A stretch of 64,000 nucleotides of DNA from Styela clava. Taxonomy: Eukaryota. Where the stretch lies: assembly GCF_964204865.1 (NCBI RefSeq), contig NC_135259.1, forward strand, positions 9,238,001-9,302,000. The letters are read 5' to 3'. Positions 39,601 to 53,293 of this stretch are shown piece after piece; position 1 is the first letter of the stretch; each line of letters begins with the position of its first letter. The position numbers and the translations under genes were made by a program. The notes beneath the pieces are model-generated. The model had not been told where the DNA came from. It saw only the letters and a program-made list of their open reading frames with translations, and searched no databases.

Positions 39601-42410
39601 CAAAAGTTGATCGAAAACTGCAAAATCACGGAGATCATTTGCTTCGAAGATATTGAGGTCAACAACAGGTCGAATCGGGATGTTGGCCAGTGGACATCGA
39701 GGTTTTCAACTTTTCACTTCATTATCCTGGTTTTTACCTGCGTATGAACCCTTGTTGACCGCGATACAATACTAAAGCATGGTACATAATATCTAATCCC
39801 AACTAAACCGAAGCAAACGAATTTCTATAAAAAGCTAATCATTGTGCGTGCAGATGACACGTTTCTCGGATTTGTGAAATAGTAATAAATATTATGGAGA
39901 CTTCGGAAATGGTTTCAAGTCTTGCCAGCAATAACGATAATACATAGTGATTGAACAAATTTTTTGAATTCGGTCCAGATGACGATACGTGACAATTCGC
40001 AGTGCGCAACTCCTTAATTAAGTTTAAACGTACATTATGATTATGACGCAATAAAATTAAGATTTAATAATCGATGAGAGGTTAATAGTGCATTTCCATA
40101 CTTATAAAAGTAAACGCAAAATTTGGTACAAATTGCATGTATAACAATTAAAACGAAGCATATATTAATACAGACCTCGCAAATGAAACTCCTACCGTAC
40201 ATTTTTATTGTAGAGTCAAGGCAGACCAATAGGACGGTAATTTTGTTTTAAATAAAAAAAAATTATACAAAGTTGCAAGAGAATATTTCTTTTTTTTGAT
40301 TATTCATTTTATCTTGTGGGATAACTACAAAAAATGTTTCTCTTTGGATTAGATAGTTGGTATATCACGGATACTCCTTCCGTACGAACGCGAATTGAAT
40401 AAATGTCCAGCATGCAGTTGCAAGTGCTTATCAGCAGATATAACAAATTTTTTCGTGAATGTTTCAAAACAAATATATAATTCCATAAAACAGACTTTTA
40501 GTTTTAATAGATGTTTTCATTAAATGGAACAAAACTAATTGCAAAATGTAAAAAAGGAGGTTTTAAAAAACAGTGCCAATGATAAGATGCCAGGAAGGAT
40601 TAAAATAGTACATAAACGTAATATGAACTATTTGCCGAGATTGGAATTCGGGTAGATTCTGGTTCAAAAGTTCAACAAAAATAGCTACTCATTTATATGA
40701 AAATATGAAGGTCACGATAAGGACAATAAATTACGGACATGCCACTTTTGAAAACTTCATTTGATGTGAATAAAAATGTCATTAAGCAAATCTATTTGAG
40801 AGTTCAATTTAAACGGTATTTATGTTCGAATAATAAATCTTACCAATAATAATTTTTTTTAGATATGAATTAATGCGATAATTCAATTAACGATAAGGCA
40901 AGAATTGCCTTCATGCAGATGTTTTATACAGATCGTTCCACCAAAAAAATAAAAGTTAAATAGACTGAAATATGTGCCAAATTCTCTTTTTTATATATAT
41001 TTATTTTTTTTTACATTTTCAAAGAAAACTCAATTTTCACTTGTTTTCGGCATGTCATAGACATTGCCATTGATAATAAATCAAATCGCTGCCTGTGAAA
41101 TCTTGTCACGTGACTCGGTGTTCCCTTACATAATATATGGATCGATATTTTTCAAGTCGATTGGATTTAATTCTTCCAATTGACCTGGCCTATATGGGTA
41201 ACAGACTGATCAAATGTTTTTTGTCTAAGAACAAACGGAATTGTGTATTGCCTATAGCTATAGCCCATGACTAGATCACCAATCCCATAGACGCAATTTA
41301 TTGCGACACGGCCCTTGGTGACCTTTATGTTCACATACACCATATATTTATGATGTTTCAATTTCAGAGAAAATTCATTGTATTATAATGGCAAACTCTG
41401 AAGTGTCATCAATTAATTTTTTCCAATTGTATCACGTTTGCTTGCCTTGAATAGTATTTATCAACGTCAATAACCAGGAAACCTAGGTGGAAGTGTAGTA
41501 TTAATAATTTTGGCACAATGAAGCCTGGTGCAAGCGCAAATGTCTTCCATGCAATGTTGAAGGGGTTATTTGTCAAATATTACAGGCCTAGTATTATAAA
41601 AACTTTGCTTCGTGAGTTCAATATATTTTTAGAAATGACCGCGTCCTCTGGGAGTGATTGGTATTATCAATTGTTGAGCGAATTACAAGCTAAAAAAAGA
41701 CTTTCGTTTTCAACATTCTCTCAAAGACACTATCACGTTCACAATGTATGATAAATGTCATTAATAATTGTTTACTCTTTTGAATTAAAATTCTATGAAA
41801 ATCAAATAGCCGGATCAAATAGATGTGTGTGAAACTACCGTCACGATTGCGATGGGATACAACATATTCTTCAATGCAAAACTCCAATTTCATAGTAGTT
41901 GAATGTATTCAAATGCATTTTGCAATTTCGGTACTTGAATGGCTAAATTACTGAAAGCCTTTATGAGTTTATTTTGTGTGCCAGTCATTGGGTCATGTGT
42001 GAATTGTTTACGTTTGAAGACGCTGAAATTCACTTTCAAGTGGGTCAGATTCTATTATATAATTTGTTTCAAAATATTTTATTTTATTAATATTTCACAA
42101 ATACTAAACAAATTATATGAAATAACAAGGCTAGGTTACGTGGAACGTCAGAGCATACGAACTGTTATCTCTATTGCCGTGATGAATGACCTGTGAACGT
42201 ATGCTTTTCACTCTATTTTACTTATAATTTACAAACCGCGCAACATTTTAAATAATTAGTTTTAAAATCACGTTCTTCACACAATTATAGTCTAAACGGA
42301 TGATAAATCGAGTGACCTACTGTCTTATTGTTGAACCACTGACCTTTTTATGATTTTATAAAATAATGCGTCGTTAAAAACAGAATACTATAATCGATGG
42401 CCTTTCCGTC

Positions 42411-42418
42411 TATAAAAG
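42411..42418 (+). promoter_or_regulatory. Candidate TATA box of the methyltransferase gene
   Basis: TATAAAAG 50 bp upstream of the ATG at 42461. Confidence 0.5.
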
Positions 42419-42460
42419 CGAACACGCAATGTGAGGATCGTGTATAATTCAAATACCAAC

Positions 42461-43315
42461 ATGACGAAACAACTTATCAGATCATATGAAGGAAAGGAGC
42501 TCGCGTTGGACTATCTCAAATATCGTCCCTCGTATCCACACCGAATATCAGAAACTATTATGAAATATGTGAGGTCGAACTTGCCGAATAACTCGAACGA
42601 TAAATTGGAGAATATGCTAGATATTGGGTGCGGAAGTGGACAAGCTACTACACTTTTTGCCTCCTATTTCAAGTCCGTAGTGGGAACAGATATTAGTAGT
42701 CAGCAAATTGAAGTAGCAAATGAAAATAACAATCACCAAAATATTGAATATCTGGTGGTAAGTGATGGAAAATTTCCTGTTGAAGACGAAAGCGTAGATT
42801 TTGTGAATTGTGCCACAGCTGCGCATTGGTTAAACATTCCCGAATTTGAGTCCGAGTGCCAAAGAGTTTTGAAACCAAATGGCTCAGTTGCTATTTATGC
42901 CTACTTGCAAAAGCATATAATGGATGCAGATTCAGGCGAGAACTTGAGCCTGGGAGACAAATATCGTGGAGCTGTAATGGAATTTTTTATTACAATCAAG
43001 GCGCACCCCAACAATTTCATATTAGTGCAAAAATATCAGCCGATATTTGAACAAATGGTTAATCCAACAAAAAAATGGATTGAAGACATCACTTTCAACA
43101 AGTACAGTACATTCGAAACTTTTCTCGGATTTTGGGCGACTATTGGGGAATATCAAGCCTTGATGCGAGATGGAAAGCCCAAAGTAGACCCTCTGGAAGA
43201 GCTTAGAAAAAAGTTGAAAGAAGCATGGGGATATGAAAATTGTAAAGACAGCGATATACGTCTAAAAGTGACATATGAAGTATTTATGATAGTGAGCACC
43301 AAAACGCCGAGTTAA
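42461..43315 (+). CDS. Intronless class I SAM-dependent methyltransferase (Methyltransf_11; trans-aconitate methyltransferase/DDB_G0268948-like), 284 aa
   Basis: Long uninterrupted ORF (ATG at 42461 preferred over GTG at 42431); motifs YLKYRPSYP, LDIGCGSGQAT, GTDISSQQI, ESVDFVNCATAAHWL, RVLKPNG. Confidence 0.92.
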   Translation: MTKQLIRSYEGKELALDYLKYRPSYPHRISETIMKYVRSNLPNNSNDKLENMLDIGCGSGQATTLFASYFKSVVGTDISSQQIEVANENNNHQNIEYLVVSDGKFPVEDESVDFVNCATAAHWLNIPEFESECQRVLKPNGSVAIYAYLQKHIMDADSGENLSLGDKYRGAVMEFFITIKAHPNNFILVQKYQPIFEQMVNPTKKWIEDITFNKYSTFETFLGFWATIGEYQALMRDGKPKVDPLEELRKKLKEAWGYENCKDSDIRLKVTYEVFMIVSTKTPS

Positions 43316-46016
43316 TCTGAGTTGGTATTATAACGAGAGAAGTGCTTTGTTTCCCGTATTAAAATTTAGTGCGTTCATAAGTATCATCCTAAAAGGCATT
43401 TCAATTTAACATATTTTTAATTTGATCAATACTTACATCTTTATAAACAATTTTAGATATATGTGGATAGGGATATTTATCACCATGGTATTTGTATGAA
43501 CTATTGGCTATTGTGCCAGACGATGTGTTCCATATTTGATTTATGAAGGTACTGTTTTTAGAATAACTTTTTATTACTTCATTTACTCGCATTTAAAATT
43601 ACTATTATTATGATTTTCCGTTTTCAGTGTTTATATTTTCATATTTTATGGACATTCCTATTTTTACTAACGTCGTGAGTGTAAATAGAAAATCATTACA
43701 TTAACAGTATCAAACCATTAAGTATGCAGAAATTTCCACAGATCGTTAATGACCTGGTAATTACTATGGAACTGTTCTTGTTTTTGTGTAGTGTATGGCA
43801 ATTTATATAGGTAGTATAAATACCGGAAGATGCTACAAAGTGTTAAATATTTTCATAAATGTACAATATTTATGTTCCTCTTAATAATATTCCTCAAATG
43901 TAATTTTTGTTTCAGTTTTCAATTTTGGTAATATTTTGCCGAATTTAAACAATTATCAGCAGAAATACCGCGAAGCATATTCATTAAATATACTATATAC
44001 TTTCTACTGCCACTGATCGAGTTAGTATCTTACTTGTCGCGACCCAAATTGCAATGTGTACATCAGTTTAGTAATAGCACGGAGGGCATTCAGTTTTAGT
44101 AAATTTAATTTGCTTATATATTATAAATTTAAAGCAGCGTCATTTCTTAATGAGTTTGGCTCATTAATAACATATGTACAGAACTTATGGCATTTACTTG
44201 GAATGCAGTATAAAACAATTTACATACATCCCAAACCGACGCAATCGTTCGAAAAAATAACTATATTATATATCAGAACAGAAACAGGTAAAAATTCAGA
44301 AAAGTGTATTGCTGATTGTTCCACTAACAAACAACTCATTGAGTATCATCTTTGCAACTAAAAATTGTATTGTCCGATACTTAGTTATATATACGTAGCA
44401 TAAGATACATAACGACAAATTTGATAGCGATCGATGAGCTCAAAAAATGTCAAACTATAGTTTCGGAATACCGAGATTAATATGTAATGCCCTTTGTAAT
44501 TTATTCCTATGTAATTGTGAATTGTCTAGTACAGGACAAGGTGGCATTGGTTAGAAACCAATATTGTCACGATTCAAACAATATGTCTGCAATCACAGAC
44601 AAAAGAGATCAATAAAGTTCATTTGTGGATAAGTGGAAATAACCCCTTCGCATAATTGTTTGTTATTAATAGCATGTACACCTTAATAGTTTAAGAAGAT
44701 TCGGAATTAGTCAGTAGAAGTGTCAATTTCCATACCAAAACGTGAATGGAAGGACAATCACAAAAAGCAAAAAAATATATTATAAGTACATTATACTAAA
44801 ACAAATATTTTTCGGAACATTTTTAGACATACAGGGTGTTGAAAAAGTAAGGCAAAATTAACAGAAGTTACGATGAAATGCTACTTGAAACATTTACCGA
44901 CTGACACCTCTTAACAGTATTGAATTTAAACATTTCACAACAGCCGTTTTTTAACAGTTACTATTTTAACGTTGCTATGACGAAAAACTTTACTTTAATT
45001 TTGTGTAACTTTTTAACCTGTATGTCTAAAAATGTTGTGCGGTGTTCGAGATTAGAGCATAAAGCGACCAGATTTCCGCGCAATGGATATTCTCCGACTA
45101 TTTTAATATTTTGAGAGTATTTTCGCAACTTGTCGCGTATAAACTGGTCTACTTTTTTAACCTCGTTCTATTTTCTCAAAATATTCAACCATTTTCTAAA
45201 ATAGACAGTCAATTTCCAAAGGCTCAGTTCATCTCGTTTCCCAGGCCTTAAATTTTTGGGAACACAGTACTGAGTCTTTAATCTCAACAATAAGCTGAAT
45301 GATTGGGATTCTTAGAACAGCAGGAAAAGGGAATTTGTTGAATACATCGGCAAATCTGCCATTCAATGCATTTTCAGGATGCAAATTGAAATCTAACCCA
45401 GGGGCGGACACTTTCCATAATTTGGGGGGGGGGCGAACTTGGATCGCCTACCGAAAAACACCGCGCTGTGTATCGTCACGTACCAATAACCTGCCGATGT
45501 CAGTCTCTGAGCATTAGAATGTCATTTTGCTACTCATATATCGCGTACATAGGCTGCTTCGCTTGGACACGGAACTACTTGCGCGTCACTGAACCAATTT
45601 CTTGAATTCCGGGAGAATTAGCCCACGGCTCTTGCTAACAAACAGAAACGACAAATTTGAGGAGTCGTATTGGGCTATTGTTTCAATTCCTAGTTCTGCA
45701 TAAAGCGCACTAACGCTGTTTCGTAAAATTAGAAATGCAAAACAAGGTAACTAGCTATTGCGCGAATTTTTTCAAAAAAATGTAACCAGGGAATTATCAT
45801 TTGACTAGTAAAATTGCCATTATTGTCGATTTATTAAATCATCATTTGAACTCGTAATAACATTCAGGATTCACGCAAAGACTTTGCAGGGTTTTTATTC
45901 ATAATTTAACACGAAAGTAAACAGGCACAAGTTCAGGCACGAGATTTTCAAAAAAAAGGGGGGGGGGTCAAAATTCCCATCGGAAATCGGTCGGAAATTC
46001 CCATCGCCATCTGTAA

Positions 46017-46655
46017 CAGTCACCGCGATTACGCGCTCGTTGAAAGTGTCGCCTTCTTAAGCGTTTAATGATTTTTCTGTCGGGTAAAATATCCAATCCA
46101 TGACAGCCACGAGATTCTTAAATGTCCTTATATATTAATTTAATTGTGTGCAACTTAACTCGCGGTTGCGACTTCTTACGTCCAAACAAAAATATTACGA
46201 CACTAAAATACCACGGCGATCTGTAGACATAAAAATATAAGATAAGCTGCCTGATGTATTCAATTTTATCACGTACTCGTTATCACGAACTCGTTATCGC
46301 AGTTACAAAAATCTCGATATCTGATATAAAATCCCATATAGTACAATTTTACTTCATACAATGAAAATACTTATAAAGTATACTAGTAAATTAAAAATAC
46401 AAATTCAACGCCCCGAAATCCACGCCGAACAGTCGCCGCAATTACGCCACTTGTTGAAAGAGCCGACTTTTCAATGAAAAATGATTATTCACTTGTGCAA
46501 AGTAATCAATCAAAGACCGATACCGGCATATTTAAAATGTCTTGATTTATTAATTTAATTGTCTTCAATTTAAACTGCGTTTGTGTCGACAAAACAAGAG
46601 CCACACTAAAACACCACAACAATCCGCGGACATAAAAATGTGTGGTAAACTGCCC
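46017..46655. repeat. Diverged direct repeat with ~410-bp period inside a repeat-derived region
   Basis: cagtc.ccgc.attacgc..gttgaaag.g.cg at 46017 and 46431; tattaatttaattgt at ~46132 and ~46548; cactaaaa.accac..gacataaaaat at 46201 and 46604. Confidence 0.7.
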
Positions 46656-48269
46656 GTTTATATATTGTTCTGATCCGTATTTTTGCTATTTTGCGAATTC
46701 GATAAATTTGAGATGTACTTGTAACACTGACTCCGCTTAATCGCAATGTTGCCATTCCGATTATTTTTAAAGATAAAACCATTCGAAAAATCCGTAAATA
46801 TTCTGTCAATTCTCACGGAATAAAATTTATTTCAGTACAATAAAAATTGATCGAATATACTTTAAATATCTTATATATCATCACAACCCGGGAAAAAGTC
46901 GCGTTCTCAGCCTTGTTCAATGTTAACACGAAAATTTTCGACGTCAATTTAAGTAATGGATAAAAAGGCAAATCCCGCCCACAATTAACCGTGTTTCGAT
47001 TTTAGTGACAAAATGTTTTTATGTCTGCCGCAGGCACACGAAATTTTGCGATTTTCGATGCCTAAAAAAGCGTTTTTAGACTGTCGCGGGCCTCAACAAA
47101 ACTTATATTGTTTACGGTTTTATTTTTAGTATTTTATATTGCCGCCTTTCAATCAAAAAATACAGGTCTCGGATTTTATTCCTTCATTTGTCTTTAGAAT
47201 CTCACCGCCGATGAACTTATAAGAATTCTCGCCGGGCTCATAATTTCGTGCTAGTACAGAAATAAAATAATTATCATAGTCATCGTGTCACAAATTTGTG
47301 GAAAATTTGTGATTTAGAGAGAATAAACGCCAACGTAAAGGCGTTTACGGCCTAAATAACAGGTCACAATGATGGAAACAATTGGCGATTTCAGCAAAAG
47401 GCAATTGCACGTGTTATTGGCGACTTATTCGGTTTTCAAAAATAATTCAAAAGATAGTTCCTGTGGCCTGGAAAGTCGAATAAGCGTATACGCTACGCTA
47501 CGCTTATTCGACATGTAAATGCTTTGATATTTGCCCGCAAATTATGCTGGGCCTTACACGAAATCCATAACGTTAAAATATACGTCCAGCGGTGAAAATT
47601 GTTTATACCAAGTTTAAATCTATTTAATGTTTTAGCGATAATAATTAATTGCTGTAAATGTAATGAAATACAGTTTGCCTCTTTCACTTCTCTCGCAAGT
47701 GCCAACAATAACACTATTGAAAGATTTTGACAATGAGAAAACCATATTAAATTGTACAAAAATGAATTAGTTGTGCAAGACCGTGGCGTGTGATCGTCGG
47801 TGCGTTTGAAGAAGGAGTACTACCCGTGCGGGCGCGCATGTTTCACAAAAATGTGAGGTGCTCCGAAGGCGCGCTGGTCCACTTGACGTCAGATCATATT
47901 GGAAGATATTCTGAACTTGGATAATTATTACATAGACTGCCGCTACGCTACACATCTAACAAAAACGCTATTGTTGCACCATAGTTACATGATGTTCAAA
48001 GTATGTAGATATTGATCGAGAGTAAGTACTACAAACTAGAGCTGTTGTTCAGCTTTTCGTGTTACGAGTATTTCGTGTTGTAAAAGTGAAAAATTATATC
48101 AGGGGTTCCACAATAACAAAAAGGTTGAAGATCACTGCTTCAAATGTCGATCAAGAATTTTATGTAAATTATCATCTGGTTCTTGTTTGGGACGCCCCCA
48201 AATTACAATATCATCAAGTATAGCCTACATTTAACACCTTCAAGAACAGATACCATTATCTTTTGAAAG

Positions 48270-50530
48270 GCACTAGGAACAGTGGCTATATTTTTATTGC
48301 CTACTTTTTGCTACCGCCCGTGACTCACGTTGGTGTAAATTTGGTTTTAGAGATCTTAAACATCTTTCCGAGCGTACCAGGGATCATCAATCTTCTATGG
48401 AGCATCTGGACAATGCAGTAAAATACCGAACATTCGGAAATGTTAATATTGCAGCACAGTTGGATGAAGGACGCGCGGTTTCTATTCGTCGGCACAACCA
48501 AACGTCGAGAAAAACCGCCATGTTCTAGGTCGATTGATAGATGTTTTGAAGTTCATTGGTTGTCACGAGCTGTCCCTCCGTGGGCACGATGAACGGGCTG
48601 GCTCTTCTAATAGAGGGGTATTTTTGGATATGGTGGAATACACCGCATCCCTAGATACAGTATTGAGAGATCATCTTGACGCCGCAACTGTTTCGAAAGG
48701 GACATCTAAGGATATCCAAAATGATTTGCTCGACTCAATGTATAAAATGTATTTACAACATTTAGCTCTGGAAATTGGGAATTGCCAGTTCCTTTCGATT
48801 CAGTCTGACGAGACAACTGACATCACGTGCGTTTCCCAACTGGCTGTGATTTTTCGGTTTGTGAAAGATGGTAAACCTACCGAGATATTTCACAGCTTTG
48901 TACCAATCGTTGATCGCACGGCTTGCGGGATATCGGCTGTACTGAAAGAAGTGTTAGAGCCTTACAACGCGAAGTCAAAATTGATAGCTCAAACTTATGA
49001 CGGCGCGGCAGTCATGAGTGGGTCGAAACATGATGTTCAAGTTTATATAAAAGAAGATTTACCTTATGCGCATTTTTTACATTGTTATGCACACCAATTT
49101 AACCTCGTTATTAAAAATATGTGTCTTGATACTCTTGATACCCCTCTCGTCCGTATATTTTTTGCAAATGTTTCGGGGTTTTCTTCATTTTTTTTCCGTT
49201 TCGCCGAAGCGCTCTGACCTCCTTTGCCAGATATGTAGCCGCCGTCTCCCAGCTTGTGCACCAACACGTTGGCACTTCCAATCACGCGTGGTGCAGGGCG
49301 TGTCCGAAATTAGGTCTGAGCTCATTGAGTGTTTCAATGGCATTCAGAGCTCTCCGGTTTGGGACGAACGCTCTGTGAGGGAGGCGGTAGGTCTAAAGCG
49401 TCTGCTAGAAGATGGTGAGTTTTCATTTTTTCTCGCGTTTTTCTCCAGAATATTCTATCACGTGGATGTATTATACGGCGCATTGCAGTCAAGGCTATTG
49501 GATGGAGCGTCTGTGCAGTCGTGTATTTCAGACTTCTGCGATGCTGTATCTCGTATCCGGGAAACAATAAAATACGACGACACATGGAGTGCTTCTTTAC
49601 GCCGCGGGCAAACAACGCAGCGTTTGATTTTGTCTGCAAAGGGATGCTGTGACATTCTGGTGAATCAAATAGGCGATCGTCTGCGCACTGAACACCTTGC
49701 CGCGTTCTCTTTGATGAACCCCAAAATTTTTTCAAAATTTGCGTCAATTTCCCATCCATTTGTTGGCTACTGTCTCCAAATTTTACCCCATGATAAACGT
49801 GGGTAAATTGGAAAATGAATTGCGATGTATATACACCAATCAAACTTTTTTGAACATCACATCAACTTGCGCGCTCTATGGGTTCCTCATAGATAACACT
49901 CTAGTAACTACCTTTGCGGCGTCTGCAAAATTTTCAGCACGCTGAAGCGTAAAAAAACGTATCTCAGAAACACAATGAAGCAAGAAAGATTAAATTCCTT
50001 GGCTGTTTTATCCATTCACAGAGACGTTATTTCTGGGATGCATGACTTTAATCAGCGCGTTATTGAGCATTTTGCTTCCAAGAAACCGCGGCGTGTTGCA
50101 TATGTTCAAGCAGTAGAAGTCTAGCAGCATATATATCTATGAGTGAGCGACGCATGTCCTTATCTTTGCATTAACTTTCCTTTCTTCATAGTAACGTTTC
50201 AAACCTTATTTTAGGTTTTGTCTGCTTTCCCGAAGTTTCTGTTGATATGTCATTGTATTTATCTGGGTAAATATTGCCTTTCCTTTTGAAAGAGGTTTCA
50301 AAATAAACTATGTCTATATTCATTAATCCCTTGGCTTGGACCGGTTTCAAAGACACTTTCTTATCGTTAAAAATTGTCGCTTTTGCCGATTGGTTGTTAC
50401 CGATGGAATGGTTTTTATACTCATAAAATGATGGGAGAACGTACAGCGCTCATCCTGTCCCCGTAGATGGGGGTGACTTGGTCCCGCAGTAGCTTGCCCC
50501 GGTTGTCAAAATGACCACGCGCCGCCACTG
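48270..50530 (+). mobile_element. 5'-truncated hAT DNA transposon
   Basis: Contains the transposase relic and ends in cacgcgccgccactg (reverse complement of a cagtggcggc hAT-type TIR) at 50516-50530; no matching left end or TSD found. Confidence 0.75.
48290..50116 (+). pseudogene. Frameshifted hAT transposase (ZMYM1-like / DUF4371 + hATC type)
   Basis: TTF-type zinc-finger relic (CLLF..W...GF.DLKHL....HQSSMEH), LRGHDE, DETTD, YDGAAVMSG, HCYAHQFNL, TRW and LKRKKTYLRNTMKQERLNSLAVLSIH, spread over several frames. Confidence 0.92.
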
Positions 50531-50733
50531 CCTTTGTCCTAATGCAAAATTACACAGACGAGTTCTCAGTAGGCTACTACGTCATTAACGGGACATACTA
50601 ATTTGTGTTCGAATTCGGCAGGGTGGACTTCCGATTCGAATCTCACACAAACGTAATCCACTTTATGCAAGCGGAAGACGCCAAAAATTGTATAGAATGA
50701 AACTTTCCACAAGTTAAGCTTTGCCCACTGGAA

Positions 50734-51018
50734 GTACTTGTGGTACCAAACTATACTAGACCCCAATTTCTCTCGTTTTCTCGTCACAACGATCACGATA
50801 GGAGAGAGATCGCCGGCTTTAGCAAGTTCGTCATCGGCGGCGCAGATGATATTTCGGGCGATCGTAATTATACTTTGGCAATCCCAATGACGTGTGGTGA
50901 CGTCGTAGTGACGTAATTTTTGGATGGCATAGTCAGGTGGGGGTTAGGAATAACACATGCAAAATTCGTTATGATGCGCCCACCGGAGGTACCTGTGGTA
51001 CTAAACTATACTAGACCC
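50734..51018. mobile_element. Partial MITE related (in inverted orientation) to the 53294-53740 element
   Basis: 50764-51018 resembles the reverse complement of ~53294-53541 (atttctctcgttttctcgtc..gtgacgtaatttttggatggc.tagtcaggtg.gggttagga); the terminal segment gtac.tgtggtac.aaactatactagaccc occurs twice (ending at 50763 and 51018). Confidence 0.7.
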
Positions 51019-51054
51019 TACCAAGGCATTCTGGCATAGTTCGTAAGCTTGGTA

Positions 51055-53217
51055 CCGTAAAAGCAGGTAACTTCGGATGATTTCACTATATTATGAACAA
51101 TTTCTCCGCCGTTTATTGTTCAATTAAAGCCAAACTTGGAATATAATACATTGAAGCCTTTCTCCTCGCGATAAACTCGGTTTCATATCAATCAATACTT
51201 TTTTTCATTCAAATTATTGACTTTATTTGCCTGCCGATCTGTATTCCAAATGTTTATAACTTCGGATGGCCACTTTTCGCTTTGCGTCACTTCGTCGTGA
51301 GAGAGAAATGTCTGCGTGATCAGTGACGCGTGATAACGTCGCTGCGTAGAACTTACGACGCCGTGATCCGTTTTGCGTGTCGCACACTGACGTTCATCTA
51401 TGACGGCCGTTTTTGTGATTATTAATTCTTCCGGGTCGGCGGACATCAAAGTTTTATATATCTGGTGTACCCGTGTGTTTACATCGGCAACAGCTCTTGA
51501 AGACAAGAAGGACTGATATCAAAACCCAAATTAATTTTGTTCTGATTTAATCTTATGTGTTGGCTTTGATCTTACTTATCACCGTTTGTATACTATTAAT
51601 CGTTCGAGTTTAAAGCGAACGGTGATATTATTATCGTCGCCGAGATGGAGATATTTATTAAGACGATGATTGATGTTGTTATGCTTTGCACCCGCGATTG
51701 TGCGAATACTGAATTTTTATTTATAATAATGATTGAATAAATCGGCCGTTATGCATTTATACTTGTCATAAGGCTTTTGGTCCTGATAGCGGGTCGGACA
51801 CTAATTATAACTATTTCCCTCCAGTTTTAACTTTTTTTTTGAACAAAACAATACCCCAACGGTTATTATAGCTAAAACCGTTACCGACTAATTCACAATT
51901 TTATCTGCGGAATTTGCGAACTCAGCACTTTACTCGACGATTTTGACAGTGTCGCGCCATAATTATTACCGCTAAATGCTTCAAAATACAACGCATGTAA
52001 TAATTTTGCCCAGCCCTATTCCTGACGTTTCGCAAAACTAAACCATTTATCTCTTGACTATTCTTAATTTCATGAAAGTGCTATATCTTGCTATTATGAT
52101 CGTTTCAATACGAAACAAAAATGAGACAACATGGGACAAATGAAAATAAAAAACGGACGAATAAAATAAGTCGTGAAAGTAAAAATGGAAAACAATTTTT
52201 AATACAAAACAAAATAAAACGAATGAGAATAATAAAAAAGAAAAATGGATGATGAATTACGGTAGGTAGTAAAAGTAAAAAAAATGGAAGTGGACAACAA
52301 TATGGAACAGTGTAGCTTGTGGCCGTGTTGATAATTCAGATATAATGTATTCACAGGCAGATAGACATGAAACGGATAAAAACGCCAAAAACCTCCAACC
52401 TCCTGCTGTGTACACCTGTGCAGAGTTTCATGCTCACCTGTGCAACATTCTACTCTTAATATATTATCATCGCCGATCGTAAAACCTTGTCATTGTGATA
52501 GTATAGATACGCGTATCTGGCTGTTCATCAGCCTTACGTATCAACAACATCTATACGGTCGAAGAATGCCGAAATGTTAACACACAAATTTAATGTGCAT
52601 TAATCGGATTCACAATAAATAAACAGCATATGACCGGGGCTATAATTAAGTTTTTGTAGGATTTGGTGACGAGGATCAGGTAGGAGTTTTCACTTTATAT
52701 TTAACTACACGTGGCGCCACATAGTCTGGCGTTCAAATGTCGCAGCGAGTTACGCACGAGCTACGCAATGTGACGTCGGCCTTAAATGGAGCGAATTTGA
52801 ATCACGTTGTTGACGTCACGTTCAGCGTAAGCACCGTAACGTCGATATTTTGACGAAATTTTTAAATCAAAATAATATATTTTACTTGAATCTCGTACGA
52901 CATCTCGTGATCACTGTAATTTTCCTTGTACATTGTGTATGCCCTCTAGCGATTGACGGTCTTTTAGTGAAGTTAGCGTCGATAGAAGTCGCTATTTTAG
53001 CCGCTCAAAAGCGAGGTGTCAATTTTTGGCAAAAAGGTGATTTTTTGTGTCAAAAAATAAATCCTATTAGGCGACTGAATATGATAAGAGATTAAGATAT
53101 ATATGGACTCTCTATAGAAACTGCCAGAAGCAGAATATGACGTAATTTAGTCGAGATATAAACGATTGAAAATTTCATCCGAAGTTATAAACCATCCGAA
53201 GTTACCTGCGTTTACGG
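51055..53217. mobile_element. ~2.2-kb non-autonomous TA-target (Tc1/mariner/pogo-type) transposon
   Basis: TIR ccgtaaaagcaggtaacttcggatg / catccgaagttacctgcgtttacgg, TA on both sides; extra subterminal copies of taacttcggatg at ~51257 and ~53176; no intact transposase. Confidence 0.85.
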
Positions 53218-53293
53218 TACCGGTAATAGAAAGGTTTCATGATATCCAACGGTTTCAGAAGCTCTTTGTCAAACCCCTAAACATCCTCCATCC

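Noticed and set aside
42431-42460. GTG start for the methyltransferase
   Set aside because: Eukaryotic context; the GTG lies upstream of the TSS implied by the TATA box, and ATG 42461 has a good context.
44830-44860. Tc1-like TIR start (tacagggtgttgaaaaagt)
   Set aside because: No partner TIR found, so an element cannot be delimited.
48534-49806. Domesticated ZMYM1-like host gene
   Set aside because: Multiple frameshifts, no introns and an adjacent TIR indicate a dead transposon.
45399-50530. One intact 5-kb hAT element from caggggcgg to ccgccactg
   Set aside because: Flanking 8-mers (atctaacc versus cctttgtc) do not match and the transposase 5' end is truncated.
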